From Hamiltosporidium tvaerminnensis FI-OER-3-3 (taxonomy: Eukaryota; Fungi; Microsporidia), in assembly GCA_022605425.2 (NCBI GenBank), contig JAKIMF020000013.1, positions 682,001 to 746,000 of the forward strand: a stretch of DNA of 64,000 nucleotides, given 5' to 3'. Numbering within the stretch: the stretch's first letter is position 1; each line of letters starts with the position of its first letter. Below, in pieces: positions 11,001-22,179 of this stretch. The notes beneath the pieces are model-generated. The model was not told where the DNA came from. It made no database searches and saw nothing but the letters and a program-made list of their open reading frames with translations. Both the position numbers and the translations under genes were made by a program.

Positions 11001-11421
11001 TGTGTGTTATTTTTATTTGGTGTGGTGGAGGAGAAGAAGTATCATTAAAGAGAAGAGTATCAGATAATAAAGATTTAGATTCCTTTGATTCTTTATTCTT
11101 AGATTCTTTATTCTTAGATTCCTTATATTCTTTATTCTTAGATTCCTTATTCTTAGATTCCTTATATTCTTTAGATATAGATTTAGATTTAAATGAAGAT
11201 ATAGATGTTGATTCATACAATGATGGTTTGGATAAAATATCAGATTTAACTTCATTTATTGGGTGGATATGTGTGTGTGGGTTCGGTGTTTGACAGATTG
11301 GACATTTATATGTAGTATGTAAATAAATAAGACGTGTTGCACATTTTACACAGAGAATGTGTGTACAGTTTAGTGTGGCTTGGTGTGTTGTTATTTGTTG
11401 AAGGCATACTGGACAATCCAT
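8041..11421 (-). CDS. HEL2: RING and C2H2 zinc-finger E3 ligase HEL2/ZNF598 (ribosome quality control) with long repeat insertions
   Basis: N-terminal C3HC4 RING (CPVC..CTHILCVKC..CPIC); HPKCLFC..FYD...H...H.LC.LC....YY..Y..L..H....HY.C typical of Hel2/ZNF598. Confidence 0.88.
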   Translation of the reverse strand: MDCPVCLQQITTHQATLNCTHILCVKCATRLIYLHTTYKCPICQTPNPHTHIHPINEVKSDILSKPSLYESTSISSFKSKSISKEYKESKNKESKNKEYKESKNKESKNKESKESKSLLSDTLLFNDTSSPPPHQIKITHNSTQISFHSKHIYTSIISLMSLKCQLCSYISPTKNSLLIHYKSHDITPCYLCIYNRKEFPYEYPLYYIRSKGIGSIGGVSSKVSSLKGFSSKVSSLKGYSSSLEGVNVIGSGLKGIRDCRKGVSDKGEFEGVNNSIDDYKGVNKSIYEQRGVNNSIDDYKGVNNSVDEQRGVNTNTNEQQGVNNNIDEQRGVNNSTNEQRGVNTNTNEQQGVNKSPYNYHPLTPTTLTNTPITSHIISHPKCLFCKKYFYDTSKILNHMTHYHYLCTLCDRMGKKHQYYNTYDTLQLHYSTNHYTCKYKECIDSSCYVFCYKVEMYEHVVNFHNENIRYQDIRSIDNNSRLEGNGYVSGGEYVSGLEGVRDTGLEGVRDSNILEGFRDTGLEGVSDSNILEGVSNSIGRLEGVRDSGLEGVSDSIGILEGVSDSTHTYRGVISTTDTYRGVITTNNTYSDSTDNTPNTLTIPFINSSAYANEQGYGRVTIGSNVLRITRSNTNRKITINKIEKDRTEDTINNTSHDSISSSNKDSSRGNSNNTLINNSNKTLINNTPSIIPSNNTYHNSNIINTPSIIPSNNTYHNSNIINTPSNIPSNNTIPSYMDRTQSFIRNTNNINTYINKYYNIHNIYLSEQITLLHLNEISVEECCERICKKLGEKEFIRFFEGVICYIKDDVKGCVLKYVSCIKDRVLFPRFSNLKGDSSRGMLEGVNNKVGNIKGDSSRGMLEGVNNRGMLEGVNNKVSNIKGVSTSSRDSSLKGFNNKVGDYNGVNNKVSNIKGVSTSSRDSSLKGFNISSNRQQGVSTATRDSSLKGFNISRDIKGVNTSGKDSSLKGFNLSSNIKGVSTSSSNIKGVSNSTYKQQGVNNIKDVQQGLNHLSNKQQGLSNSKDVQKGLNNIKDVQQGLNHLSNIQQGLSNSKDVQKGLNNSKDVQQGLNHLSNKQQGLSNSKDVQKGLNNSIDVQKGLSNNTNNNTNDKDYKVIRIGRSIISIKKK

Positions 11422-11439
11422 AGGGGGGTAAATTAAAAT

Positions 11440-11795
11440 AGATATAAAGGGGTGATAAGTAGAAGGATAGAGGGTGTTAGTAATATGTTATTAGAGTGGT
11501 AGAGGGTGTTAGTAATTAGAGTGGTAGAGGGTGTTAGTAATAGAAGGATAGAGGGTGTTAGTAATATGTTATTAGAGTGGTAGAGGGTGTTAGTAAGTAG
11601 AGTGGTACAGGGTGTTAGTAAGTAGAAGGATAGAGGGTGTTAGTGATTAGAGTGGTAGAGGGTGTTAGTTAGTAGAAGGATAGAGGGTGTTAGTTAGTAT
11701 AAGGGTAGGGGGTGTTAATAATCGAGTGTTAGAGGGTGTTAATAATCGAGTAGTAGAGGGTGTTAGTAAGAGGTGTATTATAGGGTGTTAGCAAT
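11440..11795. repeat. G-rich array of AGAGGGTGTTAGT-based units (~24-32 bp) upstream of HEL2
   Basis: About 13 copies of GGGTGTTA; almost C-free on the + strand. Confidence 0.85.
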
Positions 11796-12159
11796 AGTAT
11801 TTACTAAGCTATTTATTTAATTAAAAAAATTAGAGAAGAATAGAAAAATATAAAAGTATAAATTGTAGAACCCTTATAAATATTTAAATACAAAATGTAA
11901 AGTGATTAGTGTTGGATATTTGTATTGTAAAATATTAGAGAATAAAAATAGGGTAATATTGGTATTTGGTATACTTTGTATTATAATATATAATATGGTG
12001 TTTTAAAGCTTATCAGTAGTTTTGATAAGTTTATAGAAAAACATGTGGTATTACTTAAAAGTTATTGTTATTAAGTAGAGGTGATTTTACAGAGATAGAG
12101 GTATATGTATTTGTTGTGATGAATACAAAGTTTATTAAAATATAATTTTTTTTTTATAT

Positions 12160-12362
12160 TTGGGACAAAGTTTATATAAATTTGTGATGAATAGAGTGTG
12201 AGTTGGTAAATTTAAAAGGGTTTTTTATTATATTTAGGACAAAGTTTTTATAAATTTGTGATGAATAGAGTGTGAGTTGGTAAATTTAAAAGGGTTTTTT
12301 ATTATATTTAGGACAAACTTTATATAAATTTGTGATGAATAGATTGTGAGTTGGTAAATTTG
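12160..12362. repeat. 74-bp tandem repeat, ~2.7 copies
   Basis: GGACAAA...AAATTTGTGATGAATAGA.TGTGAGTTGGTAAATTT at about 12163, 12237 and 12311. Confidence 0.85.
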
Positions 12363-13299
12363 TTAAATGATGGGCTAAATGAAACTAATACAAATACTTG
12401 AAGGGAGAGTGGATTGGAAAGAAATATTATATTTTATGGATATGTATACATTATTTATGAATTGGATTGTGTTCTAATATATTAGATGTAAGATATTTGT
12501 GGGAATATAAATTTTAAGAAGAAATAAATTATTTAAATTGAATACATTTCTATCTCATCAAAAAATATGCACCATCAGAAAAACGAAAGAAAATAAGGAC
12601 AAATAAATTAAAGCAATCATTGCTATTCATTATATTGTTGTTTTCTTTCCAAAAACGGGTCCCATCCGGGATTCCGATAATATTAAAATGAAAAATTGAT
12701 ATATCAGTAGAGCTTAAAAAAAATATTAACAAGAAAGTTAAAATAATAATTTTTCTGAGGAATTAATTATATGCCATTTTAGTATGTTTTTGATAAGAAT
12801 ATATTAAGATTTCACTTCAATTAGAAATGCACATACGTGACAATTCATCTGAGAAATGGTTAATATGCAATATATCATTTTATGTTACATACTTTATCTC
12901 AAATATATTTTTAAAAATAGTTTAAATGCTTTTGTTGGTTAAGAAAGATAACTTTATTATTGGAAATAATAAGTTTGAGGATTATAAAAAGTAACAATGA
13001 ACTAGGATGTGTGCAAGAAGAATACTGTTTCTTATAGGAACTATTTGATCGTATGAATACTTTGAAATAATAGGAGATGCAAAGAAAAACTCGACATTTG
13101 GGTAAATTTACAATAGCAAGAAAATTTCGTGCATGTGTAAAAAAAATATTTTCACGTCAATATAAATGTAAAAAAATTGTTTCTTGAAATAAATTTGCAT
13201 GCATTATCATTGCTAAACCATATACTAGATGTATATCTTAACCAGAAGTTCTTTTCAGGTTTTATGGTGCGGGTGTGTAATGCGGGTAAAAAATAAATC

Positions 13300-15300
13300 A
13301 AACTCTACACAAAATATAACTAAAACCTACCCAGCTTGTCTGAACCGATAAAAATCTTCTATAGATTTGTGTACATAACGATAATTAGTTTTGAAATTAT
13401 TATATTGTCTCAGAAGAAATAAAGAAATTTCTTCGAAAGAGCAGTTAGGCATAAGGCGAGAAATGGAAATAAAATACACTTGCACTAAAAAAGGCCATGT
13501 CAGTGTTAAAAAATATGGAAAAAAATTCAAGTGAAGCATTTAAGAAAAATCATAAATTGCTATTGTTAAAAAAATTAAAAATATTTATAAAATTATATAC
13601 ATTAAAAACCAATGACCACTTAGATCAATTGACTTTCAATGAGGGTTTGAGGAAATCTACATATGTCGCGTGTCGAACCAGTGTTTTTATTATCAAAAAC
13701 ATAACTGTATTTTTATACAGTGAGAAAATAAAACATCATGGAAGCTCTAAAATTTTGTAAAAAAAAGGCATTTGAGTAAAATAAAGATAGAAAAGGTTCT
13801 TAAAAACTACACATGAGAATAATTATGTATATATATTTGCTTTTTAAATATAAATATTAATTTGAGTCCTTAAAAGTTCTAGGAGTCACTTTCCTAAAGA
13901 AAAGATTCAAATAAATATGAAAGCTAAGGCCAATCGAATTAAAAATCGATGTAGAATTTAGAAAAATTAAACAAAGTACAAGTTATTGGGAAAATAATAA
14001 AGTAGAAAACCTCTTTTAAAGTGAGAATGTCATTCAACATCAGTTTAAAATTTTTGAAACGAAAAGCCATGTGTATTATTCTACTACATAATTATATTCC
14101 ATTGTATTTTCTTATAAAATATAAAATTATATGATATTTAAACTCCAATTATGGAGGAAAAGAAAGAAAAGAACTGGTGTGATAATATAAATCAACCTTT
14201 CTTTCTAACATTCTTTAGTTACACGAGTCAACAAACCTTTTGTTTAAAAATATAAAGCCAGTCTTTATCAAAGATACTTTTTTTATGAGTGTCTCGAGAG
14301 AGCTTACCACACTATGGAACACGAATTTGGTAAGCTAAGCTGCGGCTTATTTATAATGACTCGAAATACAATCGTTATGTTATAATTTAAGAAAGCATCG
14401 TAGATATATACTATATAAAGTACTTTAACAATCATTATCTTATGATTTACATAGGATAATCTGAACCATTATTTCGAAAATAAGCAAAATTTCTTTAGAT
14501 CTATGTAAAAAGTACTGGTAAGACGCAAATCTCGCATAAATTTGCGAACAATCTATATATTTATAAAAATTTTACGCCAACGAAGAATGATGTGTTAATC
14601 AAGCATAATAAAAAATTTAGGTCCTCAGTTTTGTATACAAAGATATTATATAAAAAAAATGAATATATGGAACACAAAAACACATTTAAAAATAGCCAAA
14701 TATAGCAAAACAAATATGAAACAATAACGTGATCAAATATGTTCTATCATATACCCAAAATGGTTCATAAACCACAATAAATGATATTATGCGACATTTT
14801 TTCTATATTTATCCCTAGTTACATTTGCAGATGAAAAATTTGTGGCTAGGTTGTCTTGAAACGCGTCCCAGGCCCCAATTTTACCATATTAAATATTAAA
14901 ACTTTTTAAAACTTTTTAAAATGATAGACGGAGAAACTTTTTAAAAATATATTTTATAATTTTTGCGATGAAAAGCAATGTTGTTGTTTGTTTCGTGCTA
15001 CTAGCAATAATTCATTTATATAGAATTATAAATATTTTTTTGGTGATAGATTATATTGAAACGTCATTAAAAAAAGTAGTTTGGTTCATTTTCAACACAA
15101 AAAGCAACCAAAAACATGTTTTATATTCTATGATTAAAAATTTAATGCAAAAAATATACAGGCAAATTCAGGAAATAATAGATGTTCATTTTTGAGTCTA
15201 AAACTAAAATTTACAATAAAAAAAACGAATTTTTTTTATTCTCTTAATGCTGTTATTTTATTTAGCTAAGACGTCATTGATTATCAGGAAGAATTAAAGC
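13300..15300 (+). mobile_element. Highly decayed Ty3/Gypsy-type pol relic (RT/RNase H region)
   Basis: Fragmentary translations KLLG (~13980), NKPFV*KYKAS (~14231, resembling NKPFxLxTDAS) and IKYF..II (~14415); shares a 24-nt segment with the relic at 61.6 kb; boundaries approximate. Confidence 0.4.
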
Positions 15301-17339
15301 AAGGCGATAACTTCTACGTTTAGCATGTTTAGCAAAAAATACAAATGAGATTTTTTTTTCATACATCAAAGACCAGATAACAGTTCTTAGGTATATAAAT
15401 ATTATATTCGACTTTTTAAAATAATTATGAGATAGATTTTCATGTGACAAAACTCATTACGTATTATAGGTTATAACGCTAAAAATGATGAGTTTATAGT
15501 ATTAGAATATACTTCTAACTGGCACTAGGCCGGTGGGTATTAAATCTCTAGGTAAGGTTATATCTTAATATAGCAATTATATATTTATGAGTCAAAGAAG
15601 AAAATTTTAATGATCTTGACTTAAGAGAGAATTTGAACCTGCAGGAAAGAATATACCAATGAAATAATGGTACAATCAAAGTAAAAAACGGTAAATATGC
15701 AAAAAATATGTTTGTATCTCAAAAAAAAGTAAAATTTAGGCTATTCGAGGAATTCTTAAGCATGAGCACGTGGAAATAGATTAACAGATTGTAAAATCAA
15801 TTTGAAAAATTGTGAATTTGATTCACCATATATGTTTATGGCAATAAATTAAATGAATTGAGATTCAAATATAAAGTCGTATTTTGGGATTTAAATATAA
15901 TAACTAAAAACTCTCCTTGAGCTGCAAATTTAGATATATTTAAAATAGCACTTTAAATTAATTATTTGTGTTATAGTTAGAGACTATATTGTAGATAATT
16001 CATCAGAATTATCTTGTTGAGCTATTGATATTGTAAGAATACAAGCATTCATTTTATCGACAATGTGTCAAAAAAAAGACGAAACTTATTTTAATAGCAA
16101 TAAAAACCAGAATCAAGACAAAAGACTAGTATAAGCCGAAAATAAATATCAAAAAAATATTCAAATCAGCAAATATACATTAAAATTTTTTCACATATGT
16201 ATATTTATACATTAAAAAGTATTTATCCAATACAATACAAAATTATTTAGACAAAACTTTAAAATAGAAATGGAAACTTTTAAAAGATCTTTAAATATCA
16301 AAGTTTTTAAGATCGATGCAATAAGTCGATGTAAAGCTGTGAATATGGTAAAACAAATATAAAATGAAAATAGCCACATAAAATACGAATTAATTCTGCA
16401 ATCAAACAGTCTACTGTTTATAAATTCATAATGAATATAAAGTGTTTTTTGTCGAATATTTATAAATTCGCACATTTCGATTTTTTCTTGTATTAAAAAT
16501 TTACAGAAAATTGATTTGATTTTTACTTAGTATTTCTTTGTTTAAAAAAATTTACTGGTACACAAGTAGAACCAGAAGGCTTAAATTTATTTAAAAAATA
16601 GACTATTTGCCTTTTAATATGCGAACTATCTAAGGAGAATACTTTCTACATGTCGCCGATGTTTACATTGAAAATTAATTATGTCAGACATATATAACCT
16701 CGTAATATTTGTATAAGGAATCTACTGTGGAGAGCTTATCTTATATTGTTGAATCTTTTTATCTTCTTGTTAAAACGGGTATCAAAGTGTGATTACCTAG
16801 TAATAAATAATTTAAAAAATGGAGCTTCAAGTGAGGAGAAAATTTTTGTTTTATATAAACATCAATATTGCTGCAATTACTATTCTTTGAAGCGCAAGAA
16901 TACAATCGAAGCAAAACCACAGATAAACTATAAAATCAAACTTAAAAATCTTATCGATATCGAATGTAATTTGCAGATAAAAATATATTTTTGTTTTTCA
17001 GATTCTGGTTTGCACAAAGATATCTTTATTTAGTACCATAGTAAATAAAATCTAAAGCCCAAATTAACTTGGCTAAAACTTAATTTCAAAAAATGCGTCA
17101 GTTTGCTGAAAATGAAATACAAAAACCTTGTGAACCTATAGATTCATCAAAAATATAAATTTATGTTTTTTCATATCAGAAGTAAGCTGATTGAAGAAAA
17201 TTTAAGAATAGTTTAAAGTATAATCAAACAATAGAATGTAAACCTGTAATAATTTTTAGAATATCATGTAATGAAAATAAGTCTATTCATATTTAAATTC
17301 AGCAAGTAAAATATCAAAATTTAGATCAAGATAATTAAA

Positions 17340-17486
17340 GAAAATAATAGAATACTAAGAGGTTGTATCTATGGCAATAATTTTAATTTATAGCATATAC
17401 AATTTACAAAGAAAATAATAGAATACTAAGAGATTGTATCTATGGCAATAATTTTAATTTATAGCATATACAATTTACAAAGAAAA
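17340..17486. repeat. 72-bp direct tandem duplication
   Basis: AAAATAATAGAATACTAAGAG.TTGTATCTATGGCAATAATT... occurs twice. Confidence 0.85.
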
Positions 17487-18199
17487 TTGTTTGGTTGCGA
17501 AGTAAAAATATCATATAAAATTATATAAAACTTATATAATTACATTTAAAGAACACGGTAGATTTTGTGGATAAAATAATTGCTTTAAAAGAAGTCCTTC
17601 TATGTATCTCACATATTAGTAGAACTGTTTAATGATGTAAAAAAGAAAGTAGTCTTGTTCTCTTTCCAGATATTAAATTCAATTCTAGTTATATAGTGCT
17701 ACTAAATATATTCTGACTAAAACAAGGCGGAATCAAAAATAAAATGATTGGCTCTTTAAAGAAACCTCTAGGAAATTTTCCGGGAGAAAAAAAAATAAAA
17801 TCATATAAGTTGCTTGCCTTATGAATAAAAAAAATCTCAAAAAATATATTAAAATGCTTGTTTTCAAAAGAAATTTTATTCCTTAACATTATTAATGAGT
17901 TGATATCAATTTAAAATTCAAAGGATTTTATCTTTTGAGAAGTATTTTTGCTATCTTTCACAATTTAACTACTTAAAAATCTATTTCCGTTTTATTTTTT
18001 TCTCTTTTGTTCCTTAACAACGAATCATAAGAAACGATAAAAAAGTAAAAAAAATTCAAATTAAAATTTAAATGCTTATGAGTAAAAAAAGATCTTAAAA
18101 GTTATTATGAAAAATATTATTATAATTGAGTAAAGAACTACTAAGTATATACGAACTAATTATAGATATACAAAAATGTAAAGAAATACTCAAAAAATA

Positions 18200-18281
18200 C
18201 GTCGTCGGCAGGATTCGAACCTGCGCTCGCGGAGCGAACTAGTTTTCTAGACTAGCGCCATAACCACTCGGCCACGACGAC
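18200..18281 (-). tRNA. tRNA-Ser (anticodon AGA)
   Basis: GTCGTCG/CGACGAC acceptor stem, TGGCCGAGTGG A-box, CTAGT-CT AGA AA-ACTAG anticodon arm, long variable arm, GGTTCGAATCC B-box, G discriminator, T6 Pol III terminator just downstream. Confidence 0.97.
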
Positions 18282-19049
18282 TAAAAATTTATAAATATTC
18301 ATTATAAATTTTACAGTATACATACTTAAATCTGTAAACAAATTATATTATATACTCATTAGGTTAAGGTTGTCAATAATGTAACCTATATTTGAATATT
18401 TAGAAAAGCTTTAAAACATATAATGAGTATATTATAATTTGGTATTTATTATAATATCTTTCTACTAAATAACTATCAATATTTTATAAAAAACCAAATT
18501 GATACAGAGAAGTTATTGGTTTAACTTTAAAGAACGCCTTTATATTAAATTTAAGAATTATGAAATCTAAATATCAAATAAAATTTATTAGATAAATTAA
18601 AAAATTCGATTTGTGACAATTTATTAAGGAAATCTTTGTTAATGATAAACTTGATGTTAAAATAAAATTTTTAATAAAATTAAAGATTTCTAATAGATTA
18701 TAAAACCTTAAAATTTATTGATTAAATAATTTAAATTGGAAATACCAGTAAATTTTTAAAGATTTCTAATAGATTATAAACTTAGAATTTTTTAATTAAA
18801 TAATTTAAATTGGAAATACCAGTAAATTTTTAAAGATTTCTAATAAAATATAAACTTAGAATCAATTTTTTAATTAATAAATTGATTATCAAAAGTAATA
18901 TTATTAAATTCTGTAAAATAAGTAAAATTCCATTCTAGAAAAATATTTCAGAAATATTATAAAACTATATTTTAAAGATCTATAAATATAAACTCTAAAC
19001 AAAGAAATGATAAAGGATTTTATCCATAGTTATTAATTTATTTATTTAT

Positions 19050-19298
19050 TGTAATTCGATAGATAAATAACTATGTATATCAACACATTAAATATTTCTT
19101 GATTTATTACCATCTTTCTAGTTGATGTAATTCGATAGATAAATAACTATAAATATCAACATATTAAATATTTCTTGATTTATTACCATCTTTCTAGTTG
19201 ATGTAATTCGATAGATAAATAACTATAAATATCAACATATTAAATATTTCTTGATTTATTACCATCTTTCTAGTTGATGTAATTCGATAGATAAATAA
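19050..19298. repeat. 77-bp tandem repeat, ~3.2 copies
   Basis: TGTAATTCGATAGATAAATAACTAT...TTACCATCTTTCTAGTTGA repeated. Confidence 0.9.
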
Positions 19299-20077
19299 AT
19301 AAAATATAATCACAAGTCCTAAATAAAATAGTGAATATTCTGTAATACTTTGAATTACAATACTGTTTGTAACACAAATAAAATTTATTAATATTATAAA
19401 CCAACAGAAATTCTATAAAAAAATATAAATGAAAATTAATTTTAATGTAAAGAGATTTATGAATTTGAAATGTGTAAAAAATTCAAGTAAAATTTAATAT
19501 AAGTTTTTAAATAAATTTTTCTTAAGAATAAAATTTATGAACACCTAGTGTATATATTTGTTTTAAATATAGAAATAAATACTTTGTATTAATCCGCAAG
19601 TATTTTTGTTTTAATTAAGCTATACAAGTATTATTGTTTTAAATATCAAAATAAATTATTTGTATTAATCTGCAAATATTATTGTTTAAATTAAGCTATA
19701 CAAGTATTATTGTTTTAATTAAGCTATACAAGTATTTTTTTTGTAGATTCAACATACATTTTAGATTATAATTCAAAAGAAAAATATTTGAACGGATTTT
19801 ATATAAAAATTTACTGTTTAAAGTAAAAGTAAAACATTAGAATGTAGACTGTATTAAATTACTATCAATAGAAATTTATAAAAATATTTTAAAATAAAAT
19901 AAACATTCAATATTAAGAATCTTAAATATTTTAATAACTCTTTTAAACTTTGATAACCTAATTATTTTGTTATATAAGATAAAATATTACTGTTAATTTA
20001 GATAAGATAAAGACATGAAATACTTGTCGATATCTCTCAAATGGTATTTAGTTAAAATTAGAAATGATATTTGTTTA

Positions 20078-20262
20078 AGAAAAACAAACAATACACCATT
20101 TAATATCCAAGTTACTTTATTAGTTGTTAATCTTTAACGAAAAACAAACAATACACCATTTATCGTTCAAGTTACTTTATTAGTTGTTAATCTTTAACGA
20201 AAAACAAACAAAACATCATTTATCATTCAATTTACTTTATAGTTGTTAATTTTTAACGAAAA
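20078..20262. repeat. 60-bp tandem repeat, 3 copies
   Basis: GAAAAACAAACAATACACCATTTA...TTACTTTATTAGTTGTTAATCTTTAAC repeated. Confidence 0.85.
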
Positions 20263-20799
20263 ATATATATTTTTGAGTTATACTGTGATATTATACTCAC
20301 AAACCAATAATTTATATTACGAATGTCAATATTTTACACGAATATAAGATTTGATTCGAAATGTTTACTTATTATAAATTATATTAGGTTAAATATTTTG
20401 TAAAAGTATCAAATACTTAGTTGAACAAATATTCATATATTCTTTATTACTTTTCTGTATTTGTGTGGCTAAAAATTTAAGTTAATCAATTTCATATTTA
20501 TTATATTAGTCTTGAGGTAATTATAAAAATCAAATTAAATATTTCTATGTGATCTTGGATTAGATATAAGAAAACCATTCATTTTTCTAAATATTTCTTA
20601 TATTCATAAAGAAATAAACATATTTAATATTTTATAAGGAGAAAGCATAAGTTTAATTATTATTATTCTAACGTTTATGTCTATTTATCATACAAGATAT
20701 ACAAATAAAAGTAAATTATAAATTTGTATTAAATTTTTATTAAATTAATATATAAGTTATATCTTTATCAAATATTTAATGTATCTCCAGGGTTTACTA

Positions 20800-22179
20800 G
20801 ATCATTGTTCATCGGACTTGATCGATATTCCATTGATGCTCGGAGCCTAAGCTATTTACATTCTAAAGATATGTAACCGATATTTAATGAGCAAAAAGTT
20901 CCTCAAGTGAGTTAATTTTTTTTTACCAGAAACGTAATTGAACAGCTAAACATATTTAAGTACCTCTTCTATTCTTAGTATAGCCTTTACTTATTACATT
21001 CTTTAAAAATCAAATTAGTTCCCGACTTAGATTTATTTCAGAGGCATACAGAGAGTCTATCTATCGTAAAAATGTCATACAGACGGGATAATCGCCAGTT
21101 AGGTCTTTTCAAGCTCTTAGAGGATATTTTTTATACAAACTGAGTTTATCTATCAAACCCAATGGATAAAATCATGTTTCTTTAGTTTTGCATTATCCTT
21201 TATACTCTCAATTCAAACTATAGTTATGTTACATAAAGCACTTGAACCAATTTTGTAGAATTTTTTTTTATTTGTAGATCTTCTTTCACCATACAAATTC
21301 CCATAGAATAACTAAAAATAGTTTTATTCATATTCCCAAAAATTAAAAAAAAGAATTCTCCGCCAGGTGCATTTAATCTTTCCGAAGAGATACCTTTTAG
21401 TATGATTATTCTTTCTTCAGTATTAAGAATAAAGTAAATTATATTTTCTCAATATTAAATGAGACGGTGAAAAATATTATTACAGCAGAAAGATAAGTGG
21501 ATAATTTTAGTTTTTATATTTTTTTTTGGAAAAACTTTGCTATCGTTTAAATAGAATCTAACTAAAAACATTACGATTATAATTCGGTTTCTATTCTTTT
21601 TGGTGCTTCTTAAAGTATATAAACCAAGACCGGTATTTAATTTATTCAATATAGGAAAATATATGTTGGGAAATACTTAGTATTAAAATAGTATTCGAAT
21701 TTAACCAAAACCTTTTAATATTTAAAAATGTTTGTTTTACTTAATGATTAAACAACTTTAGTTTGTAAAAACAAACAAATTCTAAGTTACAAAATATTTT
21801 ATAAGTATTAATTTACATTTTTATTTATGAAAACTTAAATTAATTTCATCATTCTTATAATATTCATTATTTTAATAGAAAGATTTCTGGCTTTTTCATT
21901 GATACCATGATATCGTAATCTAACTTCTTGTATTTCGTTTTGGTTTGGTACGTTTTCTGTGTTTCGTAGTATTTCAGAAAATAAATTATCTTCTTCAGTT
22001 TTAGAACATTCGGGTTTTTTGGTTCTTGTTTTTGGAATAGTCGAGTTTTGGTCATTTTTAGTTTTGGATATTTTTGGCGACTTCTTCTTTGATCCAAAAA
22101 ACTCAATTGCACTGAATCCTGCTATGAAACATATGAGAATTAAAGTACCGATCAATACTTTGTTTTTAGTAATTTTCAT
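20800..22179 (-). pseudogene. Disrupted gene for an N-terminally membrane-anchored or secreted hypothetical protein
   Basis: MKITKNKVLIGTLILICFIAGFSA signal-anchor ORF (21835..22179) followed by coding-like fragments such as 21455..21649; 3' limit uncertain. Confidence 0.4.

Noticed and set aside
13266-13290. TGGTGCGGG as a possible LTR primer-binding site
   Set aside because: No paired LTRs could be identified; too short to support
17500-17800. Possible additional Gypsy RT/RNase H fragment (LVLFPD...Q...IG)
   Set aside because: Similarity too weak to call by eye
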